Of a DNA stretch of 64,000 bases, positions 57,033 through 64,000 are shown one piece after another; the first letter of the stretch is position 1; each line of letters begins with the position of its first letter. This DNA is from Capsulimonadaceae bacterium (GTDB lineage Bacteria; Armatimonadota; Armatimonadia; Armatimonadales; Capsulimonadaceae): NCBI GenBank assembly GCA_965215505.1, contig OZ244065.1, positions 5,504,001-5,568,000 on the forward strand. Reading direction: 5' to 3'. The notes under the pieces are model-generated. The model worked only from the letters and a program-made list of their open reading frames with translations. It was not told where the DNA came from and did no database searches. The translations under genes were made by a program, and so were the position numbers.

Positions 57033-59576
57033 ATGCAAACCGCTCTCCGGGCGTTTCGCCCCCTCATCCTGTCCGCGCACTGCCTGTGCGCCCTGGCCTT
57101 CCTCGTCCTGGCCGCGCCCATGTGCGCCGCGGCGACCTACTACGTCGCGCCCTCCGGCAGCGACAACAACGCCGGCACTTCAGCGGCTCCTTACCTCACG
57201 ATCCAGACCGCCATTGCCAATGCCGCCAGCGGCGACACGGTGATTGTGAAAGACGGGACGTATACCGGCGTCGGCGATGTGGACATTGACCTAGACGGCA
57301 ACAACATCACCCTGACCTCGCTGAATGGGGCTGCCACTACAATCATTGACTGCGCCGGCAGCAGCACCGCCATTCATCGCGGCTTCTATCTGCACAGCGG
57401 CGAAGGAAAGAACGCCCCCGCTGTCATCCGTGGCTTCACAGTGAAGAGCGGCTACGAAAGCAACAACAACAACCGGGGCGGTGGAGGGATGTTTATTGCC
57501 AACACCGACAACATCACCGTTCAAAACTGCGTCTTCACCGCCAACACGTCTGCACTCAACGGGGGTGCAATCGAGAACGACGGCTCAGTCGCCCTGACGA
57601 ACTGTACCTTCAGCAACAACGCCGCCAACAATGGCAACGGCGGTGGCCTTTACAGTATCGGCACGGCCACTTTGACTGACTGTACCTTCAATGGTGACAC
57701 CAGCAACTTTGGGGGTGGCATTCATAATACCGGCATGGCTACTCTGACAAACTGTAGCTACATCGGCAACACCGCTGGACGGAGCGGTGGTGGCTTCTAT
57801 AACTCTGGAACGGCGACTGTCACGAGTTGTACCTTTAAGGGCAACACTGCTACTACCTACTATAGCTCAGACGGGGGTGGTGGCTTCTGTACGAGTGGCT
57901 CTGGCACAGCTACCGTGGTGGGCACATCCTTTACTAACAACGTATCAGGGCAAATTGGCGGTGGTCTTTATAACGACAACGCTACTCTAACCCTCACAGG
58001 CTGCCTAATCTCTGGGAATACTGCAACGAATAACGTGGGTGGGGGCCTCTACAACGACGGCGGAAGCAACGCCCTCGCGCTGAGAGTCAGCCTCTGCACC
58101 TTCTCCGGCAACAGCGCGCCGAAGAATGACGGGGGTGCTATGTATCTCACCCAGTACTACTCCAGCAGTAACGATACTGCGGCCATCTCGAACTGCTTGA
58201 TTGTGGGCAACAAGGCTGGTAACGACGGTGGGGGCATCTGCAACAACTACGATGCGCTCACAGTGCAGTTCACTACCTCATCTGGCAATACTGCGGGCAA
58301 CCAAGGAGGTGGTCTCTATGTCGGTTCCGGCACGGCCACTTTGACCGACGACATTCTTTACAACGACATCGGCGGCGAAGCCGTAGATGGAACCAGCAGC
58401 GGCACTTCGGTTACGGTGAACTACTGTGACGTGAAGGGAGGGTTCGCCGGCACAGGGAACTTTGACAAGAAACCGCTGTTCGTCAACCCGAACAACAGCG
58501 ACTATCATTTGCAATCTGGCTCCCCCTGCATCGGCGCAGGAACGCCCATCACCGGCATTACCACCGACTTGGACGGCAAGACGCGCGCCAACCCGCCCAC
58601 CATGGGCTGCTATGAGGGTCCGACAGCCGTGACGGCTACCAGCCACACGCACCTGCTGTGGAACAACAGCGACGGGCGCGTCATGCTGTGGAGCATCGCG
58701 CAGGACGGCACGTTCACCCTCAACGGCTTCGGGCCGTACACCGACGGCGCACCGCAGAACAAGTGGACCGCCACGGCGGTGGCGACGGGGGCAGACGGCA
58801 AGAGCCATCTCCTGTGGAATAACACGGACGGAAGGGTCATGCTCTGGACCGTGGACGACGCGGGTAACTTCACCCTGGCGGGCTATGGCCCTTACACCGA
58901 CAACGCGCCTGACAACAAGTGGAACGCCACGGCCGTCTCAGTTGGCCCGGACGGCACCGTCCACCTGCTGTGGAACAACACCGACCACCGGGCCATGCTC
59001 TGGAGCGTGGCCCCCGACTTCAGTTTTTCCTTGGCCGGGTACGGGCCGTACACCGACAACGGCGCGAACAACCTGTGGAGCGCCACCGCCCTTTCCACCG
59101 GGCCGGACGGTGTCAGCCACATCCTGTGGAATAACACGGATAACCGGGTCATGCTGTGGAACGTCGCGCCGTCGTTCAGCTTCACCCTGGCGGGATTTGG
59201 GCCATACACGGACGGCGCACCGCAGAACTTGTGGAGCGCGGCGGGGCTGTCGGTCGGGCCGGACAACGTGCAGCACATCCTGTGGACGAACACCGACCGC
59301 CGGGCCATGTTCTGGAACGTAGACAGCTCGTTCGGCTTCACGCTGGCCGGCTTCGGGCCGTACACGGACAACGCGCCCGGCAACCTGTGGAGCGCGGCGG
59401 CGGTGGCGACGGGACCCGACGGCCTCTCGCACCTTCTGTGGGACAACCCCGACAACCGGGCAATGCTGTGGGGCGTGGATAGCGCCTTTGGCTTCACGGT
59501 CGCGGGCTACGGACCGTACACGGATAATGCCCCCGGCAACCTCTGGTCGGCCACCGCCGTCTCAGCGGGGCCGTGA
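57033..59576 (+). CDS. Secreted beta-helix protein (DUF1565, Pmp-like repeats, choice-of-anchor-Q-like motif) + six 52-aa C-terminal repeats
   Basis: Signal peptide; YYVAPSGSD...TIQ.AI; FxxN/GGG repeats; YHLQSGSPCI.AG...DLDG..R....MGCYE; HLLWNNTD repeats. Confidence 0.85.
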   Translation: MQTALRAFRPLILSAHCLCALAFLVLAAPMCAAATYYVAPSGSDNNAGTSAAPYLTIQTAIANAASGDTVIVKDGTYTGVGDVDIDLDGNNITLTSLNGAATTIIDCAGSSTAIHRGFYLHSGEGKNAPAVIRGFTVKSGYESNNNNRGGGGMFIANTDNITVQNCVFTANTSALNGGAIENDGSVALTNCTFSNNAANNGNGGGLYSIGTATLTDCTFNGDTSNFGGGIHNTGMATLTNCSYIGNTAGRSGGGFYNSGTATVTSCTFKGNTATTYYSSDGGGGFCTSGSGTATVVGTSFTNNVSGQIGGGLYNDNATLTLTGCLISGNTATNNVGGGLYNDGGSNALALRVSLCTFSGNSAPKNDGGAMYLTQYYSSSNDTAAISNCLIVGNKAGNDGGGICNNYDALTVQFTTSSGNTAGNQGGGLYVGSGTATLTDDILYNDIGGEAVDGTSSGTSVTVNYCDVKGGFAGTGNFDKKPLFVNPNNSDYHLQSGSPCIGAGTPITGITTDLDGKTRANPPTMGCYEGPTAVTATSHTHLLWNNSDGRVMLWSIAQDGTFTLNGFGPYTDGAPQNKWTATAVATGADGKSHLLWNNTDGRVMLWTVDDAGNFTLAGYGPYTDNAPDNKWNATAVSVGPDGTVHLLWNNTDHRAMLWSVAPDFSFSLAGYGPYTDNGANNLWSATALSTGPDGVSHILWNNTDNRVMLWNVAPSFSFTLAGFGPYTDGAPQNLWSAAGLSVGPDNVQHILWTNTDRRAMFWNVDSSFGFTLAGFGPYTDNAPGNLWSAAAVATGPDGLSHLLWDNPDNRAMLWGVDSAFGFTVAGYGPYTDNAPGNLWSATAVSAGP

Positions 59577-59628
59577 CGGATAGATGCCCGCGCGTTCAGC
59601 CCCCGGCCCGCAAGGTCGGGGGCTTTTT
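58642..59628 (+). repeat. About 1-kb direct repeat, copy 1 (partner at 61820-62806)
   Basis: Constant 3178-bp offset at the module start, stop codon and terminator; long identical tracts. Confidence 0.93.
59598..59628 (+). terminator. Intrinsic terminator
   Basis: AGCCCCCGGCC-CGCAA-GGTCGGGGGCT-TTTT. Confidence 0.85.
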
Positions 59629-59660
59629 CATGGGTCAGGTGTGTCCGAACAGGCATCCGC

Positions 59661-59718
59661 CCTTGCGGGCGTAATCTGCTCATCATGGCGGTCTTCCCCG
59701 CGCTCGAAGAAAGGCTCC
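59661..59718 (+). pseudogene. Decayed copy of the uvrC promoter and first 11 codons
   Basis: 30/34 nt identical to 62832-62865 (MAVFPALEERL vs MAVSPTLEEKL); TGCGGGCGTAAT vs TGCGGGTATAAT. Confidence 0.8.
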
Positions 59719-59991
59719 GATTGAAGACCCGAAACACAAGGATGGAGCCGTAGCCCATCGGGCGACCTTTGCCAGGAGAATGCCGGGTCCTTTCTCCAAC
59801 TGCTTTTGTAGCTTCGCCCACAAAATCGTTTTACGCTGTGTTTACGGTGGCGTGGTAGAGTGTCCTTGCGGGCGCAAATTTGCTTCCGCCTAGCCGCACG
59901 AGCGCCGGAGTCGGCCTGGTTTGTGCAGGCAGCTCTTCCAGCAAGCGACACGTTCTCTCCGTTTCATCTGGCTTCAAAGGAACACCCTCTC

Positions 59992-62754
59992 ATGCACACA
60001 CACCAATTCACCGGCCCAGGCTTCTGCGCTCGCCTGGCCGCTTTCGCGGCACTTCTCCTGCTCACACTCGGCCTTGCCCCGGCGGCAAGGGCAACGCCCA
60101 TCACGGTCATTGCCAGCTTCAACGTCACAAACGGGCAGCAGCCGATGTGCGGCGTGACCTTTGACGCCGCCGGGAACATGTATGGGACGACCTATCGGGG
60201 CGATTCAACACTTGGAAGCACCAACCAAGACGGCGTTGTCTGGAAGATCGCGCACGGAACCAACACCATCACGGACCTGGTGCAATTTACGGGCAATGGA
60301 TTTGTTCCAGCAAACCCGTATGGCAACGTCGCCGTGGACGCCAACGGCAATGTTTACGGCACCGTCTCCTCCGGCAGCGTCAACGGCAACAGCGGCTCCG
60401 GCGGCGTGTTTGAGATCGCCGCAGGCAGTGGCACTCTTACCGACCGCGGCGACTTTTCTGTCGGCGGCAACCCGGGCTGGCATCCTGTGGCCGGAGTGGC
60501 CCGCGACGCCGCCGGAAACCTGTTCGGCACGACGCAATACGGTTCTACCAATAATTCCGGCACCATCTGGGAGATCCCCGCCGGCGGGACCCTGACGACC
60601 ATCGCCTCCTTTCTGGGCACCGTTCCCAATGGGTCCGTTCCACTGGACGGAGTCACCCTGGACAGCCAGGGCAACCTCTACGGAACGTGTCAGCAGGGAG
60701 GCACCAGCGAATTTGGCGGTGCCGGCACCGTCTGGGAACTGCCCCACGGCTCCCACACGGTCGTCACTCTGGCCGAGTTCAACCAGACGAACGGGTATGC
60801 GCCAACCGGGGACGTGGCGGTGGACGCCGCCGGCAACGTGTACGGGACAACGACCGGCGGCGGCAGCACAAGCCGGAATGCCGGCGTCGTGTGGGAAGTC
60901 GTGGCCGGCACCAACACGGTCACCGACCTCGGCACATTCGCCGGCTCCATTGGCGCCAACACAGTCGACGGCTACACCCCGTCGGGCAATGTCGTCCTTG
61001 ACGGCGCGGGCAACCTCTTTGGGACAACGACCGGCGGCGGCACGAGCGACTTCGGCACGGTCTGGGAGATCCCTAAGAACGGCACACTCACCACCATCGC
61101 TTCCTTCTCCGGCGCGAACGGGGCCGCCCCGTATGGCGACGTGATGCTGGACGCCCAGGGCAACCTGTTCGGGACGACCGCCTCCGGTGGCCCCGCTAAC
61201 GCCGGCGTGGTCTGGGAGATGGTCGGCGTCGGCGTCCCCGTCGGCGTCGGGGGCGGCACGCCGGTCCCGACGGCTCTGACCCTGACCCCCAACCCCGCCT
61301 TCCCCGACACCACCATCAACGGGACCGTGACCTTCTCCCAGAGCGTCCCCGCCGGCACTTCAGTCGCCATCACCCGCAACGGGTCAACGTCGCTCGGGTC
61401 CATCGCCACTCCCACCACCGGAACCAGCCTGGCCTTCACTCTGCCCCTGCCCGGCTACCTGAACGGCTCGTACACCATCGGCGCGACCTTGAACGGCCAG
61501 ACTGCCAGCCAGACACTGACCGTCATCAGCGACCCGAACAAACCCGTGCCGGTCTCGCTCGTGTTCTCGCCCAGCCCCGCCCTGCCCGGCGCGGCCATCA
61601 CCGGCACCGTCACCCTGTCCGGTCCCGCGCCGGCGGGCGGCCTGAGCGTGGAGATCTTCGAGAACGGGACCGATCTCGGCACCGTCACCGTCGCCGCCGG
61701 GGCCAGCACCGGACTGTTCGGGCAGACGCTCACGGCGGGGACCTACGCCTACGCCGCCGTGGAGAACGGGGTGCAGGTGACGGCCACGCTCACCGTCTCC
61801 TCAACGATCCCCGCCGCCGGCCACACGCACCTGCTGTGGAACAACACGGACGGGCGCGTCATGCTGTGGAGCATCGCCGCCGATGGCACCTTCACTCTCA
61901 ACGGCTTCGGCCCCTACACCGACGGGGCACCGCAGAACAAGTGGACCGCCACGGCGGTGGCGACGGGGGCGGACGGCAAGAGCCACCTGCTGTGGAACAA
62001 CACCGACGGGCGCGTCATGCTCTGGACCGTGGACGACGCGGGCAACTTCACCCTGGCGGGCTACGGACCCTACACGGACGGGGCACCGCAGAACAAGTGG
62101 AGCGCCACGGCCGTCTCGGTCGGCCCCGGCAACGCCGTCCACCTGCTGTGGAGCAACACCGACCACCGGGCCATGCTCTGGAACGTGGCTTCGGACTTCA
62201 CCTTCACCCTGGCCGGGTACGGGCCGTACACCGACAATGCGCCCGGCAACCTGTGGAGCGCGACGGCTCTGGCCACCGGGCCGGACGGCGACAGCCACAT
62301 CCTGTGGAACAACACGGACAACCGGGTCATGCTGTGGAACGTGGCCTCGGACTTCACCTTCACGCTCGCTGGCTTCGGGCCGTACACCGACGGCGCACCG
62401 CAGAACCGGTGGAATGCGACGGCGCTGTCGGTCGGGCCGGACAACGTGCAGCACATCCTGTGGACGAACACCGACCGCCGGGCCATGTTCTGGAACGTAG
62501 ACAGCTCGTTCGGCTTCACGCTGGCCGGCTTCGGGCCGTACACGGACAACGCGCCCGGCAACCTGTGGAGCGCGGCGGCGGTGGCGACGGGACCCGACGG
62601 CCTCTCGCACCTTCTGTGGAACAACACCGACAACCGGGCGATGCTGTGGGGTGTGGACAGCGCCTTCAACTTCACCGTGGCCGGCTACGGGCCGTACACC
62701 GACAACGCGCCCGGCAACCTCTGGTCAGCCACCGCTGTCTCCGCAGGGCCATGA
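59992..62754 (+). CDS. Secreted protein with TIGR03803 (GloVer)-like repeats, two Ig-like domains and six 52-aa C-terminal repeats
   Basis: AAAGGA RBS, signal peptide; 7 repeats of P.G.V..D..GN.(Y/F)GT...GG....G.VW.I; GTVTLSGPAPAGG; HLLWNNTD repeats. Confidence 0.87.
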   Translation: MHTHQFTGPGFCARLAAFAALLLLTLGLAPAARATPITVIASFNVTNGQQPMCGVTFDAAGNMYGTTYRGDSTLGSTNQDGVVWKIAHGTNTITDLVQFTGNGFVPANPYGNVAVDANGNVYGTVSSGSVNGNSGSGGVFEIAAGSGTLTDRGDFSVGGNPGWHPVAGVARDAAGNLFGTTQYGSTNNSGTIWEIPAGGTLTTIASFLGTVPNGSVPLDGVTLDSQGNLYGTCQQGGTSEFGGAGTVWELPHGSHTVVTLAEFNQTNGYAPTGDVAVDAAGNVYGTTTGGGSTSRNAGVVWEVVAGTNTVTDLGTFAGSIGANTVDGYTPSGNVVLDGAGNLFGTTTGGGTSDFGTVWEIPKNGTLTTIASFSGANGAAPYGDVMLDAQGNLFGTTASGGPANAGVVWEMVGVGVPVGVGGGTPVPTALTLTPNPAFPDTTINGTVTFSQSVPAGTSVAITRNGSTSLGSIATPTTGTSLAFTLPLPGYLNGSYTIGATLNGQTASQTLTVISDPNKPVPVSLVFSPSPALPGAAITGTVTLSGPAPAGGLSVEIFENGTDLGTVTVAAGASTGLFGQTLTAGTYAYAAVENGVQVTATLTVSSTIPAAGHTHLLWNNTDGRVMLWSIAADGTFTLNGFGPYTDGAPQNKWTATAVATGADGKSHLLWNNTDGRVMLWTVDDAGNFTLAGYGPYTDGAPQNKWSATAVSVGPGNAVHLLWSNTDHRAMLWNVASDFTFTLAGYGPYTDNAPGNLWSATALATGPDGDSHILWNNTDNRVMLWNVASDFTFTLAGFGPYTDGAPQNRWNATALSVGPDNVQHILWTNTDRRAMFWNVDSSFGFTLAGFGPYTDNAPGNLWSAAAVATGPDGLSHLLWNNTDNRAMLWGVDSAFNFTVAGYGPYTDNAPGNLWSATAVSAGP

Positions 62755-62806
62755 CGGGAAGCCATCCGCGCTCTCAGCCCCCGGCCCGCAAGGCCGGGGG
62801 CTTTTC
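61820..62806 (+). repeat. About 1-kb direct repeat, copy 2
   Basis: Aligns with 58642-59628. Confidence 0.93.
62776..62806 (+). terminator. Intrinsic terminator
   Basis: AGCCCCCGGCC-CGCAA-GGCCGGGGGCT-TTT. Confidence 0.85.
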
Positions 62807-62831
62807 CCTTTGCGGGTATAATGATTGCATC

Positions 62832-64000
62832 ATGGCAGTCTCCCCCACGCTCGAAGAAAAGCTCCAGTCCCTCCCGACCTCGCCCGGCTGTTACCTCTAC
62901 AAAGACGCCGCCGGGGAGATCATCTACGTCGGCAAGGCGATCAACCTCCGCAGCCGCGTCCGGTCGTACTTCCAGAAGGGCGCGAAGCACACGGCCAAGA
63001 CGCGCAAGCTGGTCTCGCGCATCACGGACCTTGACATCATCATGGTGGACAGCGAGCTGGAGGCGCTTGTTCTAGAGTGTAACCTCATCAAGCAGCACCG
63101 GCCCCACTACAACGTCCGGCTGCGCGACGACAAGCACTACCCGTACCTGATGCTCACCATGAACGAGCCGTTTCCCCGGCTGTTGGTCACGCGCAAGGTG
63201 AAGCAGGACGGCGGGCGGTACTTCGGGCCGTTCACCAACTCCCGCGCCGTCTGGGACAGCCTGCGGCTGATCTACCGCCTGTTCCCGCTCGTCACCTGCC
63301 GCAAGGAGTGGGACAACACGCCCGTCCAGCGCCCCTGCCTCTACCACCAGATGGGCCGCTGTCCGCACGCGCCCTGCGCGGGACTGGGGAACAAGGAAGA
63401 ATACCGGAAGATGGTGGAGGATGTCGCCCTGTTCCTCGATGGCAAGCAGGACAAGCTGGTCAAGCAGCTACGCGCCGAGATGGACGAGGCCGCCGAGGAC
63501 CTGCAATTCGAAAAGGCCGCCCGGCTGCGTGACCAGTTGCAGGCCGTGGAAACATTGGTCGAGCGCCAGAAGGTGGTATCCACCAACCAGACCGACCAGG
63601 ACATCGTGGCCCTCGTCAACGACCAGGGCAAGAGCGCCGTCCAGATGTTCTTCATCCGCAACGGCAAGCTGATCGGCCAAGAACACTTCCTGCTGGACGG
63701 CATGGAGGGGGAGGAAGGCATCGAGGCGGCCACGGCCGAATTCGTCAAACAGTATTACCAGGAGGCCAGCTACGTCCCTCAGGAGATCGTCCTGCCTGCC
63801 CATGTCGAGGAAACCGTGATCATCGAGCAGTGGCTGCGTCAGAAGAAGGGCGCGAAAGTCACCCTGACCGTGCCGGAGCGCGGCGAGAAGAAGCAGCTCC
63901 TCGACATGGCCTCGCAGAACGCCAAGCAGGCCCTGGAACAGATGCAGGCGACGACCGCCGCCGAACACGACCGGACCGTCGGCGCGCTGATGGAGCTGCA
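62832..64000 (+). CDS. uvrC: Excinuclease ABC subunit C, 3'-truncated by the window edge
   Basis: LPTSPGCYLYKD..GEIIYVGKAINLRSRVRSYF, EALVLECNLIKQHRPHYN, YFGPF, UVR domain LQFEKAARLRDQ. Confidence 0.97.
   Translation, partial: MAVSPTLEEKLQSLPTSPGCYLYKDAAGEIIYVGKAINLRSRVRSYFQKGAKHTAKTRKLVSRITDLDIIMVDSELEALVLECNLIKQHRPHYNVRLRDDKHYPYLMLTMNEPFPRLLVTRKVKQDGGRYFGPFTNSRAVWDSLRLIYRLFPLVTCRKEWDNTPVQRPCLYHQMGRCPHAPCAGLGNKEEYRKMVEDVALFLDGKQDKLVKQLRAEMDEAAEDLQFEKAARLRDQLQAVETLVERQKVVSTNQTDQDIVALVNDQGKSAVQMFFIRNGKLIGQEHFLLDGMEGEEGIEAATAEFVKQYYQEASYVPQEIVLPAHVEETVIIEQWLRQKKGAKVTLTVPERGEKKQLLDMASQNAKQALEQMQATTAAEHDRTVGALMEL

Noticed and set aside
59646-59659. LexA box (CGAACAGGCATCCG) before the uvrC stub
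   Set aside because: The second half-site is poor and there is no equivalent before the real uvrC.
59862-59950. Cyclic di-GMP riboswitch
   Set aside because: Lacks the GGCAAAC...GAAA...GACGCAAAGC signature; kept only as an unassigned hairpin.
58642-62754. Duplicated region as a diversity-generating retroelement TR/VR pair
   Set aside because: No reverse transcriptase in the window, both copies are intact coding ends, and the differences I inspected are not adenine-specific.

Overview
A GC-rich chromosomal segment of a diderm bacterium (TonB/ExbBD, lspA/lgt, a PEP-CTERM-type protein). A DUF1559/H-X9-DG gene, floA and fhaA suggest an Armatimonadota-like lineage, but this is inference. It is mostly housekeeping: rnd (partial), nfi, tsaD, two trkA, dtd, phhB, rfbD, ileS-dksA-lspA-lgt-rluD, crtC, a pabB-pabC fusion, cdd, tlyA, murJ, floA and uvrC (partial). 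Small lower-GC islets, one frameshifting IS630 element and several REP/MITE-like hairpins are interspersed. I found no rRNA, tRNA or CRISPR array. The most unusual region is 53082-62865. There, a STAND-ATPase/TPR (AfsR-like) regulator is divergent, across three 12-bp repeats with an exact 20-bp period, from DUF4282 and two secreted proteins. Those two proteins have unrelated N-termini but a colinear, highly similar six-repeat C-terminal module. The duplication continues through the terminator and a decayed copy of the uvrC promoter and first 11 codons. Other highlights are a CxxC/RAPP leader ORF before a TonB-receptor operon, at least 13 genes with a -10 box only 6-10 nt from the start codon, two candidate ncRNAs, MurJ with a ~110-aa helical insertion, a 32-aa FhaB-like microprotein and a bacterial inositol oxygenase. 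All family assignments come from my own motif recognition, with no database search.
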